DNA of 64,000 nucleotides from NCBI GenBank assembly GCA_963770745.1, contig CAVYRA010000004.1, forward strand, positions 383,667 to 447,666, read 5' to 3'. The notes below the pieces were generated by a model. That model had not been told where the DNA came from, searched no databases, and saw only the letters and a list, made by a program, of their open reading frames with translations. Below, piece by piece: positions 46,751 through 59,197 of the stretch. Every line of letters starts with the position of its first letter. Position 1 is the stretch's first letter. Both the position numbers and the translations under genes were made by a program. Origin of the DNA: an uncultured Rikenellaceae bacterium. GTDB taxonomy: Bacteria > Bacteroidota > Bacteroidia > Bacteroidales > VadinHA17.

Positions 46751-48270
46751 ATTCACATTTATTACATAGGAGATGGGAAGACCCGGGACAGGAGTAGTAC
46801 AGTCATCCGTAATGGAGGTAACAACAATTGTATAGACGTTGACGGCAAGAACTCCCAGATCTACGTGGGTGCCGCTGGTGTAGCCATTAATTGTATTGGG
46901 AGTGCCGTTGATGGTGTAATTAAGGGTATAAGGCCATGCACCACCGGTAATATCAACCTTGAACCAGCTCGATCCTCCGACACAAACATCGCCGCTGCCG
47001 CTAATGACTGCACCGGTCGGACTTGACCCAATGGCAATGGTCATATTGTCGGAAGCAGTTCCGCAGGGTCCTGCCGGATCATTGGTTGTAAGGGTCAGGG
47101 TTACGGTTCCGGCAGTCCTCTCGGCCGCTGATGGAGTATAAACGGCATTCAGGGCATTGGCATTCGGAACAAAACTTCCGGTACCGCCCGACCAGGTGGC
47201 AGATATCGCGGAACCTCCAATGCTCCCGGCAAGAGTAGCCGAGGCAAGGGCACAAATTGACTGGTCAGGACCGGCATTAACTGTTGCGGCAGGAAATATT
47301 GTCACTAACAGGGCATCGCTGGCCAGGGGACACGGTCCGGCAGGATCATTCGTTGTGAGAGTGAGAGTCACTGTTCCCGCACTGATATCCGCCGCACTCG
47401 GCGTATAGGTTGTGCTTAGGGCGGTGGCATTGGCAAAGGATCCCGTTCCTGAAGATGACCAGGTGGATGAGGTTGCGCCTCCTCCCCTGGTACCTGTAAG
47501 ACTTACAGTGGAAATGGAGCATATATTCTGGTCAACACCTGCGTTGACTGTTGCCGCAGGACTGATAGTCAGCACCATTGCATCTGACAAGGCTGAGCAG
47601 GGTCCGACAGGATCGTTTGTTGTAAGAGTCAGGGTGACAGTACCTGCAGTAATGTCTGCAGCGCTGGGAGTGTAGGTGGTTACAGGATTGCCGGCAGCAG
47701 CAAATGACCCTGATCCACTGGTTGACCAGGTAGAAGAAGAGGCACCTCCGCCTATGGTTCCGGTAAGATTTATAAGGGCTGTAGTTGAACAGATGTTCTG
47801 GTCTGCGCCGGCATTGACTGTCGCCACCGGGGATATTGTGACCACAAGGGCGTCACTTACCGCCGGACAGGGGCCCGCCGGATCATTAGTCGTCAGTGTG
47901 AGGGTAACAGTGCCGGCGGTTTTGTCGGCAGCACTGAATGTATAGGTAGTGGAAAGACTGGAGGGCGAGGCAAAGGTTCCTGTGCCCGAGGTAGTCCAGG
48001 TTGATGAGGTTGCGGAACCGCCTCGTGTACCGGTAACAGTTATTGAATTGGTAGTTGAACAAACCGATTGGTCTGCTCCGGCGTTAACGGTAGCCGGCTT
48101 TCCGATCAGCACTGACACTGCAGCAGAAAGCGGACTGGGACAAAGGGTGGGCGCCACTCCATATGTTCTGACAGTATAATTCCCGCTCTGGGCTATGGCA
48201 TTAAGTACAATTGTGCTTGAAGTTGCACCGCCTACGGGGGTTCCATTACGGTACCACTGGTAGGATGATG
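46491..48270 (-). CDS. giant adhesin, upstream frame segment with ~88-aa (A/T)TVNAGxDQ...TLTLTTNDPxGPC modules
   Basis: ORF 46322..48157, with the frame open upstream to ~48270. Five ~264-270-bp modules. The frame is lost at the extra G at ~46490. Confidence 0.7.
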
Positions 48271-50004
48271 AGCGGGCGGTGTATGGGGATCCGCTGTCAG
48301 CGTAATTGTACTCGATCCGTCAAAACAAAAGTCAGCGCCGGTTTTTGTAATTGTCGGTGTGTTTGGGATCGGATTAATTGTCAGTACGATATCCTCTGCC
48401 GGACCCGGACAATTTCCTGTAGATCCTGAAATCTCCCTGACATAATATGTATAAGTTCCGACTGCAGACACCGGGGGAGTGTATGTGGTTCCGGTAGCAA
48501 CCTCAAGGGTCAGGGCAGCATCATCATACCAGTGAAGCACACCGGGATTTGGTGCACCGTTCCTGACTGCAGTGAGTGTGGTAGATCCACCGAAACAGAT
48601 TGCAACGTCAGGGGCAGTAGGAAGAGGAGGCGATGCAATCAGGCGAAGTCTCGAAAAGTCAGTTACAGCATCAAGGTATGTGTAAAGGGATTGCCAGCAT
48701 CGTATGCGTTGCAGGGGCCCCAGTTACGCAGGGTAACATCGAATATATCCCCGGCCTGATCATTGATAAAATCACCCGTATGATAAATAGGATATGTTTC
48801 TGCCATGGGTGTGACAAGAGTCCTGGTAAAAAAGTCCCAGTTATACTTTAATCACAGGACCTTCAAAAAAACCGGAGGGTGTCGTGTAACCGGCCCGTTG
48901 GGGGTACCGTCAGGATTAACATGCCATGTCCCGCTAATCGGAACACCGTTATTATCGGTGACCTGCACCATCGTGCCAAAAACATCTATGAACACATTAG
49001 GAATACCTGCACCGACATGGGTACCGTAAACATACTGTACATGACGGGATAGATGTTGGGCAGATCCGGTTCAACAGGCAGCTGACAGTCAAAAACAGTC
49101 GCATCGGTAAAAGTGAAATGCAGCTATATCGTCGCCGACACAGAAAAGCGTCCGCGGATCATCAACGGGCGGATCAATCCCCAGCTCACCGGTACCCACC
49201 GGAGGAGTACCGTTATCGCTTTTGTAGTTGGGAAGCTGAATAACGATCTGATTGACTGTAACATAAAGATTGGGTTGCAATGTCCCGGTATTGTACAGAT
49301 ACGGATAGATTGATACATCCCAGGTACAGTTGCGTGTGTTGTCAGGGTATCCTGCATAAGGTTCCTGAGCCCTGAAAGTGCCTGAGCCAGCTCCGCCTAC
49401 TTCAGCATAAAACCCCAGGGTGCGGGGAAAGGCATTGGGATATTCCCACTGTATCCAGACTTTGGGCAAGAGAATAATGGATACTGTTCCTGTACCTGCG
49501 GCTCATCACGATATTGGACTCAACCTGAACGCCTACAACCGGCGCACATATATCCACCGGGGCAATTTCACCGTACAATCCGTTGGAGAAATCTGCTGAG
49601 GTGGCAATATAATTGTTTACAGCCTGAACATTTGTGAATATTCGGCTCGACCCCACCGGTAAGGGACAGGGTGCCAACCGCCGTAGTATAAGAAACCAGC
49701 ACACTGTTCCTGTTGGCATAGGAAATGCCGGATGAGAGGACTATTCTTAAAAAGTTGCCTGCGGATGTCGGGCTTCCGACCATGGGAACCGGCACCCCGC
49801 CTACAGTAATGGTCCAACCGGCCGATGTGCCGGGAAGTCACTGCTCTGTCGAACTCAAGAATAAGGGTTACCTGAGCTTCGTCAGTGAAAGTTATCGGAT
49901 ACAGGTTGGATGCGGCACCGGGGGTATCAGATATGATTGGCCTAAAACAGCATTCATGGAAATGAATGCAAGGAACATCGTAGAAAATACCTGAGCTGTT
50001 TCAT
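48271..50004 (-). pseudogene. giant adhesin N-terminal region, fragmented over many frames; signal peptide at 50004
   Basis: Fragments in different frames: 48232..48540 (WYDDAALTLEVATGTTYTP...), 49089..49469 and others. ATG 50004 gives MKQLR, and after a frame change FSTMFLAFISMNAVLGQ, a typical signal peptide. Confidence 0.55.
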
Positions 50005-50086
50005 TTTGAATGGCATCTTAATCCTAGGACCTTGTTCTTTCATGACGGAGAATTTTTCTTTACTGTACGGGTGAAATAATCTAAGT

Positions 50087-51114
50087 TTAAGACTCTCGAC
50101 CAAACGAAAAGGTTGCACCGGTAATTCCAAAAACTCTAAAAATCAAAGTTTGTTTACTAGAGGAGCAACCTTTACAACAGTAAAATGTTAACATGAGTGA
50201 ATAAGTTATTGATTCATTAGCCGTCCGGAAACCGATCTTATGTGTAAATTTAATGGTGCGGATCACTGTCTTGATCTGATTTTTCAGGCTTTGAAAGACA
50301 AGTTCATACGTCCAGGGCAGCGACTTGTCCGTCCACCGCTGGGGATGAGTGTTTATGATCACTTTTTGTGGTAGGATTCTCGTTCTCCGCCAAGCCTGAT
50401 CAGGTCAGTGGTACTGTGAATCTGTTTACGGCCCTGAAGGCGATCCCCTCAGGCGTCATACACATCAGGCTCCCCGAACAGGTCGGGTCATCCATTCGGC
50501 ATAGGATCTCCTTCCTGGCTCAGGCATGGGAAGTGCCTCCTGTCACGGATATTTGACTTCTCACCGTCCCATCGGCGACCCGTATCAGTAAGATACAGCA
50601 ACATCAGAAACATCAATGTCAAAATAGGGCTCGCAGACAATGCCGTTTTCCTGGTAGTCATAATACTTCCAAAGCAACCGGTTATCAATGGCAGAAAGAG
50701 GGCTGCCATGCATCGATATTACTTTCACACGGTAAGACTTCCTGCAGATACGCGAGGTTTGCCCGGAATCTTTCATAGGCTGCCTGGCATGTCTTCTCAC
50801 TTAACCCCCGGCTCTTTTGTGAGTTATTACAGACTGCTGAAAGATCCTCATAGTGATATGCAACCTCATGGCCCATATCCGCTAACCTCCCTGATGAACA
50901 GAATAATGATCTGCAATATGCCGATCCTGAAATGGTAACTTGCCTTTATTCCGGAAGCAGCTTCCATTTCCGCGAGTAAAAGGGCATACCTTGGTCTTCT
51001 GTCAACATCATGCCTCAGAACAATAAAACGGTCGGGTCTTCCGAGTGAGCTCACCGAACCCGTAAAACCGGGGGAAATTATCTTTTAATGCCTCAAGCAG
51101 TCTTTTGTATGTCT
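50087..51114 (-). pseudogene. polysaccharide deacetylase-like (ArnD/NodB-fold-like), multiple frame breaks
   Basis: IVLRHDVDRRPRYALLLAEMEAASGIKASYHFR (50866..51054), GHEVAYHYEDLS (50685..50876) and INTHPQRWTDKSLPWTYELV (50087..50362) lie in different frames. Confidence 0.45.
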
Positions 51115-52226
51115 TTAATGTAAAATCCATCCCCACCCGAAGTTTTTCAGTCTTGTTTTTTTTCGTGCATACCGCCGGTTTCTGTCCTGCGGATAATCCT
51201 CAATAAACCTGACAAGGAAGTCAGTCGGATCAACTGAAATCTTCAGGAACCGCTCCCTCCTGGTGGCCCAAAGTTGCTTTAGTCCATTTATAGCCAGCAC
51301 GGATTCTGTTTTAGCTAACATGCTGTCAAATTCATCAGGCTGAAAGGCATAACACAGGTCATACTTTTTCTCAAGCATGTTTGGTACGGAAAGCTTGTGA
51401 GCAAAAGAGTTGCATTTAAGAGCCGGAGTACCCAGAATTGCTGCCTCTGATGTCATGGTCTGGCTGTCTCCGACAAACATCGTGGCATAATAAATAAGAT
51501 GATGAATGAACTCGGGTGGAATTTTAAGCTGCCATTGCTGAAGCTCAGGTTCAATCTCGTGCTCAGTTGTTATAAAGACCTTGCCGGAATTCTCCAGTAG
51601 CTTAACGATCCTTAGTTTTTGTTCCATGGATAACCATTTTCCGCCAATGTCGTGATAAGCCCTGCCGGAGACAAACCGCAGGATAAAATACGGTGATGAG
51701 GTATCTATTCCTGCCAACACAGGAATTGATGGATCAGGCTTAAAATATTCAGGGTGAAGATAAAAGAGCTCATGAGTGCCTGCATATACAACATCACGTG
51801 AATGAGTACGCTGGTGAGCCAGGGCATCAGGCGACAGGACAGTATCGGCAAAAGGATGGGCAAATAAAGAAAAGAGGCGCACGGCCTCAGCATCATCGTC
51901 GTCAAGAATTATTGACTTCATCCTGTGAACAGCTGATACCTGCGCCACGGTGATTGAGGAGCCTATGGCGATATCAATATTATAATCCCGGCTATTTCCC
52001 ACAGACGGTAATTAAACCTTATCTGCGACAGCCCTTTCATCACCACCGAATTAAACTTTCGGCCGAGCGAAAGCCAGGGAATACCGTAAGCATCAAGCAA
52101 CTGCTGCGCAGAGGGTATCTCTTTTACAGTCACTGTCACCCGATGCCCCCTCGATTGAAGGATCCTGATTGCATTCCTGAACAGGTGTACCTGCCCCGGA
52201 TGCCCTATGTCAAACAGTAAATTCAT
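51115..52226 (-). pseudogene. DUF354-family protein, one frame break at ~51985-51995
   Basis: ORFs 51963..52226 (MNLLFDIGHPGQVHLFRNAIRILQSRGHRVTVT...) and 51115..52002 (...RDYNIDIAIGSSITVAQVSAV...) join as LWEIA|RDYNIDIAIG at a C/G run. Confidence 0.6.
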
Positions 52227-53059
52227 TATACTCTGTTCTGGCAGTTATCTCCCTGATCAGTCTTCCTATTATGGTAGTACCGGCATAAACCTGTTCGCCT
52301 TCCCTGACTAAAATTTCACTATTGCGCGGGATGATCATGTCAAGCTGTGAACCCCATCTGATCTTCCCGATTATCTGCCCCCTGGACATTCTATCTCCCA
52401 CAGTTGCGTTGATTATACAACGACTTACTCCGCGTGCTGCAATCTGCACAATTCCGGACCTGACACCGTCTTCACGGTCAATGACGACCGTGTTCCTTTC
52501 ATTTGTCAGGGTCGAGGAAGGAGTATTCAGCCCTATCGCTGTGCCGGGAGTATGCTGGATAAAAGTGATTCTGCCGTCAATGGGAGACCGGTTCATGTGA
52601 ACATCAAATAGCGTCATGGCAATGCCGACGAGATAGCAAGGCTGCTTCAGCATGTCTGTCTTCGTTATCTCACTGATATTGGCAACACGCATTTTTTTTA
52701 CGGTGACAGGCGTCTGATTGATTTCAAGCTCCTTGATATAAATAATGCGCCCGTCAGCAGAAGAGACAATGTCATCCGGTCCCCCTGGAATTACCTTTTC
52801 GGATTCCGGAAAAACCGGTATAGAAAAGAGAAGAATGAAAAGCAAAAGGATGATGACACCGCAGATAAACGGGACAACAACCCAGAAGGGTACGGAAACC
52901 GTATAGAAAAGTATCAGTGTCAATATTGCCCCGGGCAAACCCCAGCAGCAGATTGTCCGTGTACAGGTACCTTCTGTTGAATCCTCCTTTTGCCACCCAG
53001 AAAATAAAGAGGGCGGAAGACATTAAAAAGCACGATAAAACAATTACCAGTTGTTGCAT
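52210..53059 (-). pseudogene. phosphatidylserine decarboxylase-related protein, probable N-terminal frame break
   Basis: ORF 52210..52938 has VHMNRSPIDGRITFIQHTPG...GSQLDMIIP (PSD-family core). ORF 52772..53059 (hydrophobic, ATG 19 nt after the upstream stop) probably supplies the true N-terminus. Confidence 0.5.
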
Positions 53060-53078
53060 AGGTCAGGTATTTTTTAGT

Positions 53079-54253
53079 TCAACCTCTCTTGGGGCAATAT
53101 AAAAAGACATGAACATTAATGCCGCTGACGGTACAGGGTCTCCGGAGAAAGACCGCCCTGACCCTCTTGCCCCTAACTGACCTCAGATATTCCCGGACGC
53201 TAAGCTTCCCGGCAAAAAGAGCCTTCAGACTGAACCAGCTGTCAGTAAGCCAGTTGATCCACTTTACACCGGCAATGTAACTGTCCGGGAATGTAATATC
53301 CAGTCCATTGACAAACCGGTAGGTAATCAGCGCATAGTTTACTCCGCAGGCTTTTGCCAACCCAACCCACAGCCAGGTACGGGCATTCATCTCAATCAGT
53401 TTGTAACAGCCGTCTTCCGGATCACGCAAGAATTCAATCTCACAAACACCGGTATAATTCAGCCCCTTGAGCAATCTGGCAGAGATGTCAAGGCACTCAT
53501 CGCTCTCAATGCTCTCGGCAAGCGTAGCTGTCCCGAATGTCCAGGGATGCTCTCTAAGCTTCTGCCCAGTCCAGTGACACTTTATCTCGCCTTCAATACT
53601 GAATGCCGTGAAGGAGACGGTTCTGTTAGACCCGGTGAACGGTATCACGGACTGGGTGAGCGAGCTTGCGGTATCATGCTTCTCTTCAATCAATGTGAGT
53701 TGTGCGCCCAGTTCCTCAGCATTGTTTGCAAGCAGCGCCTTCGCCTTCATGGATTTGTAGAACGAAAGGCCAAATCTGCCCCGGGTTATCACCGGGTATC
53801 TCAATTTACTGGCACCGGCTTCACCGGGACTCTTAAAATAGCGGGTCGGGGGGATTTTTATGTCCAGCTCCTCAGCGAGATCAAGCAGGTTTTTTTTATC
53901 ATATATCCTGTTGATGATCTCAGGCCCCGGGGTGACGAGTTTATAAATGCTCTCCAGCCTGTCATGATTCCGAGAAATGGTATGAACGGCATGGTCATTG
54001 GAGGGCAACAGGAGCCATCCATGCAAGCCTTCCCTCACACCCAGGTCAGCCAGGAACAGGCAAAATCATCAGTATCAAAATCGGGTGAAGAATAGAACAT
54101 TTTACAGTACCTTGAATACCTTGCTATGCAGTTATTCCTGTCAACGACTATAACCGGAATACCGGCTTCACCCAGTGACCTTGCATTGGAGAGTCCCTGA
54201 ACATGGCCTTCAATAATGACTGCGCCGGTGATCGTATTCCTGATTTTTTCCAT
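53079..54253 (-). pseudogene. ATP-grasp ligase A, one frame break at ~54040
   Basis: ORFs 54035..54310 (MEKIRNTITGAVIIEGHVQGLSNARSLGEAGIPVIVVD from ATG 54253) and 53079..54038 (LLPSNDHAVHTISRN...DKKNLLDLAEELDIKIPPT...EIEFLRDPEDGCYKLIEMNAR). Confidence 0.6.
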
Positions 54254-54275
54254 CTTTGCTTTACCCCCCCGGATT

Positions 54276-55246
54276 TCAGTTATCTGCAAGGTTCCCGCTG
54301 TCGGATACAACTGTGCGGTATATTTCTGACAGTCTGCTGTTTACAGATTTGGCATCAAGCCCCAGTTCCATGATCCTTTCCCTTCCAGCCAGTTCAACCT
54401 CCTGATCCAACGCCATGGAAAGCTTCCCTGCAATATCATCCCGATCATATGATGTTATATAATATCCCTGCAGGCCCCGGGTGTTGGTACGGACATCGCC
54501 CACATCAGTGCTTACTACAGCCAGGTTGCAGGCCATCGCCTCCTTCACGGTATTCACCGAACCCTCCCAGGCAGAAGTAAGCAACAGGACATCTGCCGCA
54601 TTGTAATACCAGGGCATCATGTCATGATCGGCATGATGGACGGGAAGGAGCATTGCGTCATCCCGTTCCATCCTGCTGAACGAATCCGAAGCAAGGTTAA
54701 AATTTTTTTCCGGTCTGTCAGGATCTGCTGCAAACAACACTATCTTTTTTATCCGGGAGGCCAAGATGTCTCCTGGCTTCAGCCCTGTCAAGCGGACGGA
54801 ACATGTCAGTATCAACTCCGTTTGGAAGCACGGTCAGGCTGCGGATCCCGATTCTCGTCTTTATCGCTTCCGTTTTGACCAGCACCGCGTCCCGCCGGCA
54901 CCTGCAAAAGAGCCTCAGAGAGGCAGCATGAGTGATTGCCAAGCACATCACCGCCCATCAGTGCACAATCATCTATGTCTTCCGGCCGGGGAAGCTGCAA
55001 TGGCTGTCAGACCATAATGGGCATGCACAATATCAAAACCGCCGTTAAGGATCTGCTTTCTTCAAACTGGTATATTCTTCAGGTAACCCCAAAACCCCTT
55101 GCCGGTGATGCAAAAGTATTCAACGTCCAGACCCTCATTCCTTAACGACTCTCCCTGCATTACTGCGTGCTTGAGGGGCTTCGCCCTGTCGTCCGGTGTT
55201 GCCGTACGCGACGGATTATTGCCACTTCAAACGAAAAGGATCTTCA
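54276..55246 (-). pseudogene. GT4-family glycosyltransferase A, several frame breaks
   Basis: Fragments KILFV|SGNNPS..., DIVHAHYGLTAIAA, LTVLPNGVDTDMFRP (54718..54951) and YYNAADVLLLTSAWEGSVNTVKEAMACNLAVVSTDVGD (54276..54815) lie in different frames. Confidence 0.55.
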
Positions 55247-55260
55247 ACTGCTGCCTGGCA

Positions 55261-56301
55261 TTAATGATCAATCATCTTCAGGGCATGTTCGAGCCTCAGA
55301 TCATAAGATGCGTTCGAGGCGAACTCACCTGCTTTGAATGCCCACGCTCCATCCTTAAATCGGTATCGTCCGGGACTGAATTTACCAGCATCTGGTATGG
55401 ATCGGACTGTCCGAAGTAGCACTGGATCTCGTTCACAAGGTATCGTCCTTCATGGTCAAACAGGTCTATGGCGACGCAGTGAAAGACCGGTTCGTTCAGT
55501 CATCTCCCGGATGAAATCAGGCAGCATGACCGGCACCTCATCATAAGCCTTTATGAGAGTGCCGCTCGATTTGTTGTTACGGGATCTTTTTATGGGCAAA
55601 ATAAGAGCTCCCTATTCGTACACACCTCCATTCATAAAAGTGGGGAATGAACTCCTGGAGACTACAAAACCCTTTTGCGGGTTAAAATAAGTCGTCTTGT
55701 ATTCGAGCATCCGCTTCGCAAAGAAACCTCTCGCAGTAATTGCCTTCCCGACTTTCTTCCAGAGGGAACCCTTGTTCAGTTTTGGGCCGGTCTGGTATTT
55801 ATCCCCGGCCCGAAGGCTTTCCTGACATACTCTGATGCGGCCCTTCTGTCCCTGATCTAAGTCACACCGTTGCCTGAAGCCCCGATATTGGTCTTTGCCA
55901 CCACGGAAATATTTCACGGCTCTCAAGAAATCTTACAGCTTCCCCGGATGAATAGAAAACGTGTGTTTCCGGATGCGGGACAGAATTTGCCTTCAGCCAG
56001 TCGCGGAGAAACCGTTTGTTCGTAGACCAGCACCTCATCAAGCGACGGGTATACCGGGACCCCTGCATTTTATGGAGGATGTATGTCCGCTCGTCGTACA
56101 GTCAGGTCCCCCGGGGTCCGACCTGGTAGGCCGAGAAGAACAAGGTCGAATTGTTTCTCCCTGAACCTGTCAAACCATTCTGAAGAGGTCAGATGAAGCA
56201 CCGTCCAGGCTATCTCATCACTTCTCCGGCTGCATGCCTCAACCCACTGATCATGATCATCGGCTGATTCATTCCTGAAAAGTGCAAATCTCCATTTTCA
56301 T
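55261..56301 (-). pseudogene. ATP-grasp ligase B, heavily frame-broken
   Basis: Fragments FLRDWLKANSVPHPETHVFYSSGEAVRFLESREIFPWW (55862..56068) and a C-terminal ...GAWAFKAGEFASNASYDLRLEHALKMIDH* lie in different frames. ATG 56301 overlaps the upstream stop (ATGA). Confidence 0.4.
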
Positions 56302-58059
56302 CGTATCAATTCCTGTTCCAGCATATTGAACATAACAATATTGGAAAATTTATGAAGCTGACGCTCAGCAGTCAAGGGGGTGATGCAATCAGAGCCTCCA
56401 GCGCTTTTTCAGTGTCAAAATAATCATTTATCATATACCGTCGGTCCCCCGCCTTCTCCAGCCATCCAGTCAGAAACGACCTGTAAGTGTCTCCGTAAGC
56501 AAATGAAGGCGGATATTTTTTCGATCAGAGACATACCGGAATCCCTTCAGCGGCATCGATCAGGGGCCCCATCAGGTATTCACGCGTGTTGTATGTTCCT
56601 CTCTTCCCGAAGGTACCGAGATCCAGTCCGGGATACAAAAGATGCTGTAACTGCATGCTGAGCGAATAAAGACCGTGACGCTTCAGCAGGTTCCTACTGC
56701 TGTTGTCCTTATGTAAAAAACGGAACGGCTTCTGAAGAGCATCTCCAGAAAATCGATGTCAAGAAAATAGGATAGGGATAGTCCCAGTAACCCGCCGACA
56801 GGTGTACATCCTGTGAATGGTGAGGTATGCCGATCTCAAAAATGCCGTAGAAAGCCTGCATCTTCTCGGATAAACCAGTTACCATGCTCCTCATCCTCTG
56901 AAAAACGCTCGCTGATCTGAATCGGCAATGCTTGTTACTCCTGAAGTGGTCGCCCAACCTGGAGGGCAGATCGCTGATGCTTCCCGTCTTCCATATCTCC
57001 TTCAGGAAATCCGTGAAGATCAGGTCGTCAGAGATCCCCGCAGGAGCTCTCCGCCAAGGTATCCCGTGTAGAAGGCGGCATCACTGCCGGTACTTTAGAT
57101 GCAATGCATAGTTGCGGTGGCTCCTGTGAATATTTATCTCCGGGTTCAGGTCCGCAACAATCCTGGAAGCTTCATCCTCAAACGACTCCCTGGTACCAGG
57201 AGGCTCAATGATCATATTCTCTCATTCCTGATGCTCTGCTAAAATTGCGGCATAAAACTGGAATCACGTGAGCCTTTGTTGCCAGTACGTCAATCCGGTG
57301 GGCTTCTGTCCGTCGCCAAGCAATGCTGCCAGATGGGCCGCTGTCCTTCCCGCCTGTAAGGGTGATGATGGCGGATTCCGGCTTTCAAAAAACCGGCGGA
57401 AGCCGGAGATGAGTGTTTTGAACAACTTCGCAAAATCCTCAATCGCGGGCTCCGGATCATCAACACCATAACACGTAAGGTCATCAGGCTACGAAGTATT
57501 TGCTGTGGGTGGCCTTCCCTCACTTATGCTGAGGAGTCACCCCATGTCGTCTTAAATATGTCCCTGACAGGGTGTATGAAGAGGCACACGGTTAAAAAGC
57601 GACTGCATGCCGAGTGATGCAGCATCAAACTCCGGCTTAAGCCCGGTTATGATCAGGCGTCTTACCGACCCGGGGAGACAAGCCGCTCTTCCCGGGACAA
57701 GGCAGCCCTGTGCAGGGGCCTGACTGTCGGTGGAATACTCATCCTTCCCGCTGATAATGATGATGCAAATTCATTCATGTGATCGGTGTAATGACCGTCC
57801 GTATCTTTCATAGAGTGATGCCACCAGCCGGCTCTGATCAGGTGATCCGTAAGCATCGGTTTTGTCTGCTGCGCGGGATAACGTAACCCCTGATAAACAC
57901 AGAGGTCTCACCGTACACTCTCACCTCCGCCCCGTCATAAAAGAGTGTGTAATGTCCGTACTCAAATCAGTGCGACAGCCCGACTGACAATTCCCGGACA
58001 CCTCCCTGCGTGACGGGGCAGAGCAGAAAACCGTCCGTAATTTTAACCCTGGCTGTCAT
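56298..58059 (-). pseudogene. asparagine synthase-like (PP-loop) protein lacking an N-terminal Cys2, heavily frame-broken
   Basis: My own minus-strand translation: MTARVKITDGF... at 58059, a PP-loop-like LTGGKDS near 57350, GYLGGELLRG (GDELFGGY-like) near 57060, and a C-terminus TAERQLHKFSNIVMFNMLEQELIR*. The pieces lie in several frames and total ~586 codons. Confidence 0.35.
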
Positions 58060-58209
58060 CGGAAAAGCTTCCTTATCTTTTTTATGTCGCCCACCTGAAA
58101 AAGCCTTTTAGAGGATTCAAGATCCAAAAGTATTCGTAAACCCTGTAAAGCACATTCTCATGAAACTTTATCGCACTCCTGACGATCACACTTTTGCGTC
58201 TCAGGTCGT

Positions 58210-59095
58210 TCAGGACCGTAAGCCTCCTGTTACGGGCCGCGATATTCTTCTTCCCCCTGACAGTGACGTTCCCTTCTCCTCATGTGTCGGTATTGCCTCC
58301 TTAATCCCGCAATTCTCATCCAGAATAAAAACTGCTGAGTTTTTTGTCTTCCGGAACAACGCGTAACTCCTACCGTTTCTGATGAAATCACCGAAAGTCA
58401 GGCCACCGAGAACGTAAAATATATGTGATGATCTGTAAGGCTCATAAGCCTGAAGGGTATGCAAATGATGCCCCATGATCAGGTCAGCCCCGGCATCTGC
58501 CAGCACTCTGGCGGCATCGCTCTGCCACTCATCATGATAGAATGAATAATCGTTCCCCCAGTGAATGCTCACTATTACAATATCAGCCTGTGGCCTGAGA
58601 ACGCTTATCTCCCTTGTTGCCGCAGCCGGATCAAAGATGTTCAGGAAGATGTCGGTAAAGAATGAGCTCTTGGGTTTGTGGAGCGATGAACATAGGCAGC
58701 AAAGGCCACCCTGACGCCGGCAAGCTGAAAGATCACCGGACCGGCCTGTTTTGCCGTGAGCCCTGCCCCGGCGTGGTAGATACCAGCTTCATCCAGAAGC
58801 CTGACAGTCTTTGGAAGACGATCTAGTCGCAATCGAGGATGTGATTGTTTGCCAGGGAGACACAGACTACATTTAACATCTTCAGGATGTCCCTTGTAAC
58901 ACTGGCATCCGAAAAAAGATGCGCCGTCTTGCCCACGTTCGTATCCTCAGATACAACAGGCGTCTCCAGATTGGCAATGAGACCGTCGGTCTTCTCCAGT
59001 AATGATGTCAGCCATGCGAACCTGCGGCTGCTATTCTCATGATCAGTGCTGATCAGGCCGTTCAGGGCAATATCACCGGCAAGGCAAAATTCATT
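58210..59095 (-). pseudogene. CapA-family (PGA_cap) metallophosphatase-like protein, frame-broken
   Basis: FCLAGDIALNG...IANLETPV...VSLANNHILDC (my translation of 58845-59090), GIYHAGAG (58641..58832) and HWGNDYSFYHDEWQSDAARVLADAGADLIMGHHLHTLQ (58210..58572). ATG 59095 is out of frame at a T4 run. Confidence 0.6.
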
Positions 59096-59197
59096 CTGTA
59101 GCCCCGTTTGTACTCACTTTTAACTGGAGAGCAGACCTCTTCTTATCTTGCAGATAACCCCTCATGACACGAAGAATGGCGCCCCAGATCAGGAATA

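Noticed and set aside
47157-48179. Four head-to-tail plus-strand ORFs (47157..47408, 47412..47675, 47676..47945, 47949..48179) that look like a repeated gene family.
   Set aside because: They are the antisense image of the ~264-270-bp adhesin modules. Their periodicity simply mirrors the coding repeat on the minus strand.
50087-50265. 8-bp inverted repeat AAGGTTGC...GCAACCTT with a nested CTCTA...TAGAG stem between the deacetylase-like gene and the adhesin start, considered as a terminator or sRNA.
   Set aside because: The outer loop is ~45 nt. The region may still be the frame-shifted 3' end of the deacetylase-like ORF, and there is too little evidence to separate these possibilities.
56298-58059. 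AsnB-like gene lacking Cys2 considered as the missing lasso cyclase for the PqqD/kinase/transferase genes.
   Set aside because: It lies 23-36 kb from those genes, inside and co-oriented with a glycosyltransferase/ATP-grasp/CapA operon (stop-start overlap with the next gene). It is also heavily frame-broken. AsnB-like amidotransferases are common in polysaccharide loci. Kept only as a caveat in the findings.
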